The notes beneath the pieces are model-generated. The model saw only the letters and a list, made by a program, of their open reading frames with translations. It was not told the origin of the DNA and searched no databases. From contig OZ024741.1 of assembly GCA_964016885.1 (NCBI GenBank), positions 398,164,001-398,228,000 of the forward strand: 64,000 nt of DNA. Reading direction: 5' to 3'. Made by a program: the position numbers and the translations under genes. This document shows positions 22,201 through 37,200 of the stretch, piece by piece. Within the stretch, counting starts at the first letter, position 1, and each line of letters begins with the position of its first letter. The stretch comes from Eledone cirrhosa (Eukaryota).

Positions 22201-25200
22201 GGTTAATATTACAGAATGGCAGTGTGTCTCCTTAGCAATACTGGAACAAAAGGGTTAATATCACAGAATGACAGTGTGTCTCCTTAGCAATACTAGAACA
22301 AAAGGGTTAATATTACAGAATGGCAGTGTGTCTCCTTAGCAATACTGGAACAAAAGGGTTAATATTACAGAATGGCAGTGTGTTTTTATAGCAATACTAG
22401 AACAAAAGGGTTAATATTACAGAATGGCAGTGTGTCTCCTTAGCAATACTGGAACAAAAGGGTTAATATTACAGAATGGCAGTGTGTCCTTAGCAATACT
22501 GGAACAAAAGGGTTAATATTACAGAATGGCAGTGTGTTTCCTTAGCAATACTGGGACAAAAGGGTTAATATTACAGAATGGCAGTGTCTTTCCTTAGCAA
22601 TACTGTAAGAAAAGGGTTAATATTACAGAATGACAGTGTGTTTCCTTAGCAATACTGGAACAAAAGGGTTAATATGACAGAATGACAGTGTGTCTCCTTA
22701 GCAATACTGGAACAAAAGGGTTAATATTACAAAATGACAGTGTGTCTCCTTAGCAATACGGAACAGAAGGGTTAATATTACAGAATGACAGTGTGTCTTC
22801 TTAGCAATACTGGAACAAAAGGGTTAATATACAGAATGACAGTGTGTCTTCTTAGCAATACTGGAACAAAAGGGTTAATATTACAGAATGACAGTGTGTC
22901 TCCTTAGCAATACTGTAACAAAAGGGTTAATATTACAGAATGACAGTGTGTTTCCTTAGCAATACTGGAACAAAAGGGTTAATATTACAGAATGACAGTG
23001 TGTCTCCTTAGCAATACTGGAACGAAAGGGTTAATATTACAGAATGACAGTGTGTCTCCTTAGCAATACTGGAACAAAAGGGTTAATATTACAGAATGAC
23101 AGTGTGTTTCCTTAGCAATACTGGAACAAAAGGGTTAATATTACAGAATGACAGTGTGCCTCCTTAGCAATACTGTAACAAAAGGGTTAATATTACAGAA
23201 TGACAGTGTGTCTCCTTAGCAATACTAGAACAAAAGGGTTAATATTACAGAATGGCAGTGTGTCTCCTTAGCAATACTGGAACAAAAGGGTTAATATTAC
23301 AGAATGACTGTGTCTCCTTAGCAAAACTAGAACAAAAGGGTTAATATTACAGAATGGCAGTGTGTCTCCTTAGCAATACTGGAACAAAAGGGTTAATATT
23401 ACAGAATGTCAGTGTGTCTCCTTAGCAATACTGGAACAAAAGGGTTAATATTACAGAATGGCAGTGTGTTTTTATAGCAATACTAGAACAAAAGGGTTAA
23501 TATTACAGAATGGCAGTGTGTCACCTTCGCAATACTGGAACAAAAGGGTTAATATTACAGAATGGCAGTGTGTCTCCTTAGCAATACTGGAACAAAAGGG
23601 TTAATATTACAGAATGGCAGTGTGTTTCCTTAGCAATACTGGGACAAAAGGGTTAATATTACAGAATGGCAGTGTCTTTCCTTAGCAATACTGTAAGAAA
23701 AGGGTTAATATTACAGAATGACAGTGTGTTTCCTTAGCAATACTGTAAGAAAAGGGTTAATATTACAGAATGGCAGTGTGTCCTTAGCAATACTGGAACA
23801 AAAGGGTTAATATGACAGAATGACAGTGTGTCTCCTTAGCAATACTGGAACAAAAGGGTTAATATTACAAAATGACAGTGTGTCTCCTTAGCAATACGGA
23901 ACAGAAGGGTTAATATTACAGAATGACAGTGTGTCTTCTTAGCAATACTGGAACAAAAGGGTTAATATACAGAATGACAGTGTGTCTTCTTAGCAATACT
24001 GGAACAAAAGGGTTAATATTACAGAATGACAGTGTGTCTCCTTAGCAATACTGTAACAAAAGGGTTAATATTACAGAATGACAGTGTGTTTCCTTAGCAA
24101 TACTGGAACAAAAGGGTTAATATTACAGAATGACAGTGTGTCTCCTTAGCAATACTGGAACGAAAGGGTTAATATTACAGAATGACAGTGTGTCTCCTTA
24201 GCAATACTGGAACAAAAGGGTTAATATTACAGAATGACAGTGTGTTTCCTTAGCAATACTGGAACAAAAGGGTTAATATTACAGAATGACAGTGTGCCTC
24301 CTTAGCAATACTGTAACAAAAGGGTTAATATTACAGAATGACAGTGTGTCTCCTTAGCAATACTAGAACAAAAGGGTTAATATTACAGAATGGCAGTGTG
24401 TCTCCTTAGCAATACTGGAACAAAAGGGTTAATATTACAGAATGGCAGTGTGTATCCTTAGCAATACTGGAACGAAAGGGTTAATATTACAGAATGGCAG
24501 TGTGTTTTTATAGCAATACTAGAACAAAAGGGTTAATATTACAGAATGGCAGTGTGTCTCCTTCGCAATACTGGAACAAAAGGGTTAATATTACAGAATG
24601 ACAGTGTGTCTGCTTAGCAATATGGGAACAAAAGGGTTAATATTACAGAATGACAGTGTGTCTCCTTAGCAATACTGGAACAAAAGGGTTAATATTACAG
24701 TATGGCAGTGTGTCTCCTTAGCAATACTGGAACAAAAGGGTTAATATTACAGAATGGCAGTGTGTCTCCTTCGCAATACTGGAACAAAAGGGTTAATATT
24801 ACAGAATGACAGTGTGTCTGCTTAGCAATATGGGAACAAAAGGGTTAATATTACAGAATGACAGTGTGTCTCCTTAGCAATACTAGAACAAAAGGGTTAA
24901 TATTACAGAATGACAGTGTGTCTCTTTAACAATACTGGAACAAAAGGGTTAATATTACAGAATGACAGTGTGTCTCCTTAGCAATACTGGAACAAAAGGG
25001 TTGATATTACAGAATGGCAGTGTGTTTCCTTAGCATTACTGGAACAAAAGGGTTAATATTACAGAATGACAGTGTGTTTCCTTAGCAATACTGGAACAAA
25101 AGGGTTAATATTACAGAATGACAGTGTGTCTCCTTAGCAATACTGGAACAAAAGGGTTAATATTACAGAATGACAGTGTGTCTCCTTAGCTATACTGGAA

Positions 25201-28200
25201 CAAAAGGGTTAATATTACAGAATGACAGTGTTTCCTTAGCAATACTGGAACAAAAGGGTTAATATTACAAAATGACAGTGTGTCTCCTTAGCAATACTGG
25301 AACAAAAGGGTTAATATTACAGAATGACAGTGTGTTTCCTTAGTAATACTAGAACAAAAGCGTTAATATTACAGAATGACAGTGTGTCTCCTTAGCAATA
25401 CTAGAACAAAAGGGTTAATATTACAGAATGGCAGTGTGTCTCCTTAGCAATACTGGAACAAAAGGGTTAATATTACAGAATGACGGTGTGTCTCCTTAGC
25501 AATACTGGAACAAAAGGGTTAATATTACAGAATGATAGTGTGTCTCCTTAGCAATACTGGAACAAAAGGGTTAATATTACAGAATGGCAGTGTGTCTCCT
25601 TAGCAATACTGTAACAAAAGGGTTAATATTACAGAATGACAGTGTGTCTCCTTAGCAATACTGGAACAAAAGGGTTAATATTACAGAATGACAGTGTGTC
25701 TCCTTAGCAATACTGGAACAAAAGGGTTAATATTACAGAATGGCAGTGTGTCTCCTTAGCAATACTGGAACAAAAGGGTTAATATTACAGAATGACTGTG
25801 TCTCCTTAGCAATACTGGAACAAAAGGGTTAATATTACAGAATGTCAGTGTGTCTCCTTAGCAATACTGGAACAAAAGGGTTAATATTACAGAATGGCAG
25901 TGTGTTTTTATAGCAATACTAGAACAAAAGGGTTAATATTACAGAATGGCAGTGTGTCACCTTCGCAATACTGGAAAAAAGGGTTAATATTACAGAATGG
26001 CAGTGTGTCTCCTTAGCAATACTGGAACAAAAGGGTTAATATCACAGAATGACAGTGTGTCTCCTTAGCAATACTAGAACAAAAGGGTTAATATTACAGA
26101 ATGGCAGTGTGTCTCCTTAACAATACTGGAACAAAAGGGTTAATATTACAGAATGGCAGTGTGTTTTTATAGCAATACTAGAACAAAAGGGTTAATATTA
26201 CAGAATGGCAGTGTGTCTCCTTAGCAATACTGGAACAAAAGGGTTAATATTACAGAATGGCAGTGTGTCTCCTTAGCAATACTGGAACAAAAGGGTTAAT
26301 ATTACAGAATGGCAGTGTGTTTTTATAGCAATACTAGAACAAAAGGGTTAATATTACAGAATGGCAGTGTGTCTCCTTCGCAATACTGGAACAAAAGGGT
26401 TAATATTACAGAATGACAGTGTGTCTGCTTAGCAATATGGGAACAAAAGGGTTAATATTACAGAATGACAGTGTGTCTCTTTAACAATACTGGAACAAAA
26501 GGGTTAATATTACAGAATGACAGTGTGTCTCTTTAACAATACTGGAACAAAAGGGTTAATATTACAGAATGACAGTGTGTCTCCTTAGCAATACTAGAAC
26601 AAAAGGGTTAATATTACAGAATGGCAGTGTGTCTCCTTAGCAATACTGGAACAAAAGGGTTAATATTACAGAATGTCAGTGTGTCTCCTTAGCAATACTG
26701 GAACAAAAGGGTTAATATTACAGAATGGCAGTGTGTTTTTATAGCAATACTAGAACAAAAGGGTTAATATTACAGAATGGCAGTGTGTCTCCTTCGCAAT
26801 ACTGGAACAAAACGGTTAATATTACAGAATGACAGTGTGGCTGCTTAGCAATATGGGAACAAAAGGGTTAATATTACAGAATGACAGTGTGTCTCCTTAG
26901 CAATACTGGAACAAAAGGGTTAATATTACAGAATGACAGTGTGTTTCCTTAGCAATACTGGAACAAAAGGGTTAATATTACAGAATGACAGTGTGCCTCC
27001 TTAGCAATACTGTAACAAAAGGGTTAATATTACAGAATGACAGTGTGTGTCCTTAGCAATACTGGAACAAAAGGGTTAATATTACAGTATGGCAGTGTGT
27101 CTCCTTAGCAATACTGGAACAAAAGGGTTAATATTACAGAATGGCAGTGTGTCTCCTTCGCAATACTGGAACAAAAGGGTTAATATTACAGAATGACAGT
27201 GTGTCTGCTTAGCAATATGGGAACAAAAGGGTTAATATTACAGAATGACAGTGTGTCTCCTTAGCAATACTAGAACAAAAGGGTTAATATTATAGAATGA
27301 CAGTGTGTCTCTTTAACAATACTAGAACAAAAGGGTTAATATTACAGAATGAGAGTGTGTCTCCTTAGCAATACTAGAACAAAAGGGTTAATATTACAGA
27401 ATGACAGTGTGTCTATTTAACAATACTGGAACAAAAGGGTTAATATTACAGAATGACAGTGTGTCTCCTTAGCAATACTAGAACAAAAGGGTTAATATTA
27501 CAGAATGGCAGTGTGTCTCCTTAGCAATACTGGAACAAAAGGGTTAATATTACAGAATGTCAGTGTGTCTCCTTAGCAATACTGGAACAAAAGGGTTAAT
27601 ATTACAGAATGGCAGTGTGTCTCCTTAGCAATACTGGAACAAAAGGGTTAATATTACAGAATGACAGTGTGTCTCCTTAGCAATACTGGAACAAAAGGGT
27701 TAATATTACAGAATGACGTTGTGTTTCCTTAGCAATACTGGAACAAAATGATTAATATTACAGAATGGCAGTGTGTTTCCTTAGCAATACTGGAACAAAA
27801 GGGTTAATATTACAGAATGGCAGTGTGTCCTTAGCAATACTGGAACAAAAGGGTTAATATTACAGAATGGCAGTGTGTTTCCTTAGCAATACTGGGACAA
27901 AAGGGTTAATATTACAGAATGGCAGTGTCTTTCCTTAGCAATACTGTAAGAAAAGGGTTAATATTACAGAATGACAGTGTGTTTCCTTAGCAATACTGGT
28001 ACAAAAGGGTTAATATTACAGAATGACAGTGTGTCTCCTTAGCAATACTGGAACAAAAGGGTTAATATTACAGAATGGCAGTGTGTATCCTTAGCAATAC
28101 TGGAACAAAAGGGTTAATATTACAGAATGGCAGTGTGTCTCCTTCGCAATACTGGAACAAAAGGGTTAATATTACAGAATGACAGTGTGTCTGCTTAGCA

Positions 28201-31200
28201 ATATGGGAACAAAAGGGTTAATATTACAGAATGACAGTGTGTCTCCTTAGCAATACTGGAACAAAAGGGTGAATATTACAGTATGGCAGTGTGTCTCCTT
28301 AGCAATACTGGAACAAAAGGGTTAATATTACAGAATGGCAGTGTGTCTCCTTCGCAATACTGGAACAAAAGGGTTAATATTACAGAATGACAGTGTGTCT
28401 GCTTAGCAATATGGGAACAAAAGGGTTAATATTACAGAATGACAGTGTGTCTCCTTAGCAATACTAGAACAAAAGGGTTAATATTACAGAATGACAGTGT
28501 GTCTCTTTAACAATACTGGAACAAAAGGGTTAATATTACAGAATGACAGTGTGTCTCCTTAGCAATACTGGAACAAAAGGGTTGATATTACAGAATGGCA
28601 GTGTGTTTCCTTAGCATTACTGGAACAAAGGGTTTAATATTACAGAATGACAGTGTGTTTCTTTAGCAATACTGGAACAAAAGGGTTAATATTACAGAAT
28701 GACAGTGTGTCTCCTTAGCAATACTGGAACAAAAGGGTTAATATTACAGAATGACAGTGTGTCTCCTTAGCTATACTGGAACAAAAGGGTTAATATTACA
28801 GAATGACAGTGTTTCCTTAGCAATACTGGAACAAAAGGGTTAATATTACAAAATGACAGTGTGTCTCCTTAGCAATACTGGAACAAAAGGGTTAATATTA
28901 CAGAATGACAGTGTGTTTCCTTAGTAATACTAGAACAAAAGCGTTAATATTACAGAATGACAGTGTGTCTCCTTAGCAATACTAGAACAAAAGGGTTAAT
29001 ATTACAGAATGGCAGTGTGTCTCCTTAGCAATACTGGAACAAAAGGGTTAATATTACAGAATGACGGTGTGTCTCCTTAGCAATACTGGAACAAAAGGGT
29101 TAATATTACAGAATGATAGTGTGTCTCCTTAGCAATACTGGAACAAAAGGGTTAATATTACAGAATGACAGTGTGTCTCCTTAGCAATACTGTAACAAAA
29201 GGGTTAATATTACAGAATGACAGTGTGTCTCCTTAGCAATACTGGAACAAAAGGGTTAATATTACAGAATGACAGTGTGTCTCCTTAGCAATACTGGAAC
29301 AACAGGGTTAATATTACAGAATGGCAGTGTGTCTCCTTAGCAATACTGGAACAAAAGGGTTAATATTACAGAATGACTGTGTCTCCTTAGCAAAACTAGA
29401 ACAAAAGGGTTAATATTACAGAATGGCAGTGTGTCTCCTTAGCAATACTGGAACAAAAGGGTTAATATTACAGAATGTCAGTGTGTCTCCTTAGCAATAC
29501 TGGAACAAAAGGGTTAATATTACAGAATGGCAGTGTGTTTTTATAGCAATACTAGAACAAAAGGGTTAATATTACAGAATGGCAGTGTGTCACCTTCGCA
29601 ATACTGGAACAAAAGGGTTAATATTACAGAATGGCAGTGTGTCTCCTTAGCAATACTGGAACAAAAGGGTTAATATCACAGAATGACAGTGTGTCTCCTT
29701 AGCAATACTAGAACAAAAGGGTTAATATTACAGAATGACAGTGTGTCTCTTTAACAATACTGGAACAAAAGGGTTAATATTACAGAATGACAGTGTGTCT
29801 ACTTAGCAATACTAGAACAAAAGGGTTAATATTACAGAATGGCAGTGTGTCTCCTTAGCAATACTGGAACAAAAGGGTTAATATTACAGAATGTCAGTGT
29901 GTCTCCTTAGCAATACTGGAACAAAAGGGTTAATATTACAGAATGGCAGTGTATTTTTATAGCAATACTAGAACAAAAGGGTTAATATTACAGAATGGCA
30001 GTGTGTCTCCTTCGCAATACTGGAACAAAAGGGTTAATATTACAGAATGACAGTGTGTCCGCTTAGCAATATGGGAACAAAAGGGTTAATATTACAGAAT
30101 GAAAAAGTGTCTCCTTAGCAATACTGGAACAAAAGGGTTAATATTAGAGAATGGCAGTGTGTTTTTATAGCAATACTAGAACAAAAGGGTTAATATTACA
30201 GAATGGCAGTGTGTTTTTATAGCAATACTAGAACAAAAGGGTTAATATTACAGAATGGCAGTGTGTCTCCTTCGCAATACTGGAACAAAAGGGTTAATAT
30301 TACAGAATGACAGTGTGTCTCCTTAGCAATACTGGAACAAAAGGGTTAATATTACAGAATGACAGTGTGTCTCCTTAGCAATACTAGAACAAAAGGGTTA
30401 ATATTACAGAATGACAGTGTGTCTCTTTAACAATACTGGAACAAAAGGGTTAATATTACAGAATGACAGTGTGTCTCCTTAGCAATACTAGAACAAAAGG
30501 GTTAATATTACAGAATGGCAGTGTGTCTCCTTAGCAATACTGGAACAAAAGGGTTAATATTACAGAATGACAGTGTGTCTCTTTAACAATACTGGAACAA
30601 AAGGGTTAATATTACAGAATGACAGTGTGTCTCTTTAACAATACTGGAACAAAAGGGTTAATATTACAGAATGACAGTGTGGCTCCTTAGCAATACTAGA
30701 ACAAAAGGGTTAATATTGCAGAATGACAGTGTGTCTCTTTAACAATACTGGAACAAAAGGGTTAATATTACAGAATGACAGTGTGTCTCCTTAGCAATAC
30801 TAGAACAAAAGGGTTAATATTACAGAATGGCAGTGTGTCTCCTTAGCAATACTGGAACAAAAGGGTTAATATTACAGAATGTCAGTGTGTCTCCTTAGCA
30901 ATACTGGAACAAAAGGGTTAATATTACAGAATGGCAGTGTGTTTTTATAGCAATACTAGAACAAAAGGGTTAATATTACAGAATGACAGTGTGTCTGCTT
31001 AGCAATATGGGAACAAAAGGGTTAATATTACAGAATGACAGTGTGTCTCCTTAGCAATACTGGAACAAAAAGGGTTAATATTACAGAATGACAGTGTGTC
31101 TCTTTAACAATACTGGAACAAAAGGGTTAATATTACAGAATGACAGTGTGTCTCTTTAACAATACTGGAACAAAAGGGTTAATATTACAGAATGACAGTG

Positions 31201-34200
31201 TGGCTCCTTAGCAATACTAGAACAAAAGGGTTAATATTGCAGAATGACAGTGTGTCTCTTTAACAATACTGGAACAAAAGGGTTAATATTACAGAATGAC
31301 AGTGTGTCTCCTTAGCAATACTAGAACAAAAGGGTTAATATTACAGAATGGCAGTGTGTCTCCTTAGCAATACTGGAACAAAAGGGTTAATATTACAGAA
31401 TGTCAGTGTGTCTCCTTAGCAATACTGGAACAAAAGGGTTAATATTACAGAATGGCAGTGTGTTTTTATAGCAATACTAGAACAAAAGGGTTAATATTAC
31501 AGAATGGCAGTGTGTCTCCTTCGCAATACTGGAACAAAACGGTTAATATTACAGAATGACAGTGTGGCTGCTTAGCAATATGGAACAAAAGGGTTAATAT
31601 TACAGAATGACAGTGTGTCTCTTTAACAATACTGGAACAAAAGGGTTAATATTACGGAATGACAGTGTGTCTCCTTAGCAATACTGGAACAAAAGGGTTG
31701 ATATTACAGAATGGCAGTGTGTTTCCTCAGCATTACTGGAACAAAAGGGTTAATATTACAGAATGACAGTGTGTTTCCTTAGCAATACTGGAACAAAAGG
31801 CTTAATATTACAGAATGACAGTGTGTCTTCTTAGCAATACTGGAACAAAAGGGTTAATATTACAGAATGACAGTGTGTCTCCTTAGCAATACTGGAACAA
31901 AAGGGTTAATATTACAGAATGACAGTGTGTTTCCTTAGCAATACTGGAACAAAAGGGTTAATATTACAGAATGACAGTGTGCCTCCTTAGCAATACTGTA
32001 ACAAAAGGGTTAATATTACAGAATGACAGTGTGTTTCCTTAGCAATACTAGAACAAAAGGGTTAATATTACAGAATGGCAGTGTGTCTCCCTAGCAATAC
32101 TGGAACAAAAGGGTTAATATTACAGAATGGCAGTGTGTCTCCTTAGCAATACTGGAACAAAAGGGTTAATATTACAGAATGGCAGTGTGTCTCCTTCGCA
32201 ATACTGGAACAAAAGGGTTAATATTACAGAATGACAGTGTGTCTGCTTAGCAATATGGGAACAAAAGGGTTAATATTACAGAATGACAGTATGTCTCCTT
32301 AGCAATACTGGAACAAAAGGGTTAATATTACAGTATGGCAGTGTGTCTCCTTAGCAATACTGGAACAAAAGGGTTAATATTACAGAATGGCAGTGTGTCT
32401 CCTTCGCAATACTGGAACAAAAGGGTTAATATTACAGAATGACAGTGTGTCTGCTTAGCAATATGGGAACAAAAGGGTTAATATTACAGAATGACAGTGT
32501 GTCTCCTTAGCAATACTAGAACAAAAGGGTTAATATTACAGAATGACAGTGTGTCTCTTTAACAATACTAGAACAAAAGGGTTAATATTATAGAATGACA
32601 GTGTGTCTCCTCAGCAATAATAGAACAAAAGATTAATATTACAGAATAGCAGTGTGTCTCCTTAGCAATACTGGAACAAAAGGGTTAATATTACAGAATG
32701 TCAGTGTGTCTCCTTAGCAATACTGGAACAAAAGGGTTAATATTACAGAATGACAGTGTGTCTCCTTAGCAATACTAGAAAAAAAGGGTTAATATTACAG
32801 AATGACAGTGTGTCTATTTAACAATACTGGAACAAAAGGGTTAATATTACAAAATGACAGTGTGTCTCCTTAGCAATACTAGAACAAAAGGGTTAATATT
32901 ACAGAATGGCAGTGTGTCTCCTTAGCAATACTGGAACAAAAGGGTTAATATTACAGAATGTCAGTGTGTCTCCTTAGCAATACTGGAACAAAAGGGTTAA
33001 TATTACAGAATGGCAGTGTGTTTTTATAGCAATACTAGAACAAAAGGGTTAATATTATAGAATGGCAGTGTGTTTCCTTCGCAATACTGGAACAAAAGGG
33101 TTAATATTACAGAATGACAGTGTGTCTGCTTAGCAATATGGGAACAAAAGGGTTAATATTACAGAATGACAGTGTGTCTCCTTAGCAATACTAGAACAAA
33201 AGGGTTAATATTACAGAATGACAGTGTGTCTCTTTAACAATACTGGAACAAAAGGGTTAATATTACAGAATGAAAGTGTGTCTCCTTAGCAATACTGGAA
33301 CAAAAGGGTTGATATTACAGAATGACAGTGTGTCTCCTTAGCAATACTAGAACAAAAGGGTTAATATTACAGAATGACAGTGTGTCTATTTAACAATACT
33401 GGAACAAAAGGGTTAATATTACAGAATGACAGTGTGTCTCCTTAGCAATACTAGAACAAAAGGGTTAATATTACAGAATGGCAGTGTGTTTTTATAGCAA
33501 TACTAGAACAAAAGGGTTAATATTACAGAATGTCAGTGTGTCTCCTTAGCAATACTGGAACAAAAGGATTAATATTACAGAATGGCAGTGTGTCTCCTTA
33601 GCAATACTGGAACAAAAGGGTTAATATTACAGAATGACAGTGTGTCTCCTTAGCAATACTGGAACAAAAGGGTTAATATTACAGAATGACGTTTTGTTTC
33701 CTTAGCAATACTGGAACAAAATGATTAATATTACAGAATGGCAGTGTGTTTCCTTAGCAATACTGGAACAAAAGGGTTAATATTACAGAATGGCAGTGTG
33801 TCCTTAGCAATACTGGAACAAAAGGGTTAATATTACAGAATGGCAGTGTGTTTCCTTAGCAATACTGGGACAAAAGGGTTAATATTACAGAATGGCAGTG
33901 TCTTTCCTTAGCAATAATGTAAGAAAAGGGTTAATATTACAGAATGACAGTGTGTTTCCTTAGCAATACTGGAACAAAAGGGTTAATATTACAGAATGAC
34001 AGTGTGTCTCCTTAGCAATACTGGAACAAAAGGGTTAATATTACAAAATGACAGTGTGTCTCCTTAGCAATACGGAACAGAAGGGTTAATATTACAGAAT
34101 GACAGTGTGTCTTCTTAGCAATACTGGAACAAAAGGGTTAATATTACAGAATGACAGTGTGTCTTCTTAGCAATACTGGAACAAAAGGGTTAATATTACA

Positions 34201-37200
34201 GAATGACAGTGTGTCTCCTTAGCAATACTGTAACAAAAGGGTTAATATTACAGAATGACAGTGTGTTTACTTAGCAATACTGGAACAAAAGGGTTAATAT
34301 TACAGAATGACAGTGTGTCTCCTTAGCAATACTGGAACGAAAGGGTTAATATTACAGAATGACAGTGTGTCTCCTTAGCAATACTGGAACAAAAGGGTTA
34401 ATATTACAGAATGACAGTGTGTTTCCTTAGCAATACTGGAACAAAAGGGTTAATATTACAGAATGTCAGTGTGTCTCCTTAGCAATACTGGAACAAAAGG
34501 GTTAATATTACAGAATGACAGTGTGTCTCCTTAGCAATACTAGAAAAAAAGGGTTAATATTACAGAATGACAGTGTGTCTATTTAACAATACTGGAACAA
34601 AAGGGTTAATATTACAGAATGACAGTGTGTCTCCTTAGCAATACTAGAACAAAAGGGTTAATATTACAGAATGGCAGTGTGTCTCCTTAGCAATACTGGA
34701 ACAAAAGGGTTAATATTACAGAATGTCAGTGTGTCTCCTTAGCAATACTGGAACAAAAGGGTTAATATTACAGAATGGCAGTGTGTTTTTATAGCAATAC
34801 TAGAACAAAAGGGTTAATATTACAGAATGGCAGTGTGTCTCCTTCGCAATACTGGAACAAAAGGGTTAATATTACAGAATGACAGTGTGTCTGCTTAGCA
34901 ATATGGGAACAAAAGGGTTAATATTACAGAATGACAGTGTGTCTCCTTAGCAATACTAGAACAAAAGGGTTAATATTACAGAATGACAGTGTGTCTCCTT
35001 AGCAATACTGGAACAAAAGGGTTGATATTACAGAATGACAGTGTGTCTCCTTAGCAATACTAGAACAAAAGGGTTAATATTACAGAATGACAGTGTGTCT
35101 ATTTAACAATACTGGAACAAAAGGGTTAATATTACAGAATGACAGTGTGTCTCCTTAGCAATACTAGAACAAAAGGGTTAATATTACAGAATGGCAGTGT
35201 GTCTCCTTAGCAATACTGGAACAAAAGGGTTAATATTACAGAATGGCAGTGTGTTTTTATAGCAATACTAGAACAAAAGGGTTAATATTACAGAATGTCA
35301 GTGTGTCTCCTTAGCAATACTGGAACAAAAGGGTTAATATTACAGATTGGCAGTGTGTCTCCTTAGCAATACTGGAACAAAAGGGTTAATATTACAGAAT
35401 GACAGTGTGTCTCCTTAGCAATACTGGAACAAAAGGGTTAATATTACAGAATGACGTTTTGTTTCCTTAGCAATACTGGAACAAAATGATTAATATTACA
35501 TAATGGCAGTGTGTTTCCTTAGCAATACTGGAACAAAAGGGTTAATATTACAGAATGGCAGTGTGTCCTTAGCAATACTGGAACAAAAGGGTTAATATTA
35601 CAGAATGGCAGTGTGTTTCCTTAGCAATACTGGGACAAAAGGGTTAATATTACAGAATGGCAGTGTCTTTCCTTAGCAATAATGTAAGAAAAGGGTTAAT
35701 ATTACAGAATGACAGTGTGTTTCCTTAGCAATACTGGAACAAAAGGGTTAATATTACAGAATGACAGTGTGTCTCCTTAGCAATACTGGAACAAAAGGGT
35801 TAATATTACAAAATGACAGTGTGTCTCCTTAGCAATACGGAACAGAAGGGTTAATATTACAGAATGACAGTGTGTCTTCTTAGCAATACTGGAACACAAG
35901 GGTTAATATTACAGAATGACAGTGTGTCTTCTTAGCAATACTGGAACAAAAGGGTTAATATTACAGAATGACAGTGTGTCTCCTTAGCAATACTGTAACA
36001 AAAGGGTTAATATTACAGAATGACAGTGTGTTTCCTTAGCAATACTGGAACAAAAGGGTTAATATTACAGAATGACAGTGTGTCTCCTTAGCAATACTGG
36101 AACGAAAGGGTTAATATTACAGAATGACAGTGTGTCTCCTTAGCAATACTGGAACAAAAGGGTTAATATTACAGAATGACAGTGTGTTTCCTTAGCAATA
36201 CTGGAACAAAAGGGTTAATATTACAGAATGTCAGTGTGTCTCCTTAGCAATACTGGAACAAAAGGGTTAATATTACAGAATGACAGTGTGTCTCCTTAGC
36301 AATACTAGAAAAAAAGGGTTAATATTACAGAATGACAGTGTGTCTATTTAACAATACTGGAACAAAAGGGTTAATATTACAGAATGACAGTGTGTCTCCT
36401 TAGCAATACTAGAACAAAAGGGTTAATATTACAGAATGGCAGTGTGTCTCCTTAGCAATACTGGAACAAAAGGGTTAATATTACAGAATGTCAGTGTGTC
36501 TCCTTAGCAATACTGGAACAAAAGGGTTAATATTACAGAATGGCAGTGTGTTTTTATAGCAATACTAGAACAAAAGGGTTAATATTACAGAATGGCAGTG
36601 TGTCTCCTTCGCAATACTGGAACAAAAGGGTTAATATTACAGAATGACAGTGTGTCTGCTTAGCAATATGGGAACAAAAGGGGTAATATTACAGAATGAC
36701 AGTGTGTCTCCTTAGCAATACTAGAACAAAAGGGTTAATATTACAGAATGACAGTGTGTCTCCTTAGCAATACTGGAACAAAAGGGTTGATATTACAGAA
36801 TGACAGTGTGTCTCCTTAGCAATACTAGAACAAAAGGGTTAATATTACAGAATGACAGTGTGTCTATTTAACAATACTGGAACAAAAGGGTTAATATTAC
36901 AGAATGACAGTGTGTCTCCTTAGCAATACTAGAACAAAAGGGTTAATATTACAGAATGGCAGTGTGTCTCCTTAGCAATACTGGAACAAAAGGGTTAATA
37001 TTACAGAATGGCAGTGTGTTTTTATAGCAATACTAGAACAAAAGGGTTAATATTACAGAATGTCAGTGTGTCTCCTTAGCAATACTGGAACAAAAGGGTT
37101 AATATTACAGATTGGCAGTGTGTCTCCTTAGCAATACTGGAACAAAAGGGTTAATATTACAGAATGACAGTGTGTCTCCTTAGCAATACTGGAACAAAAG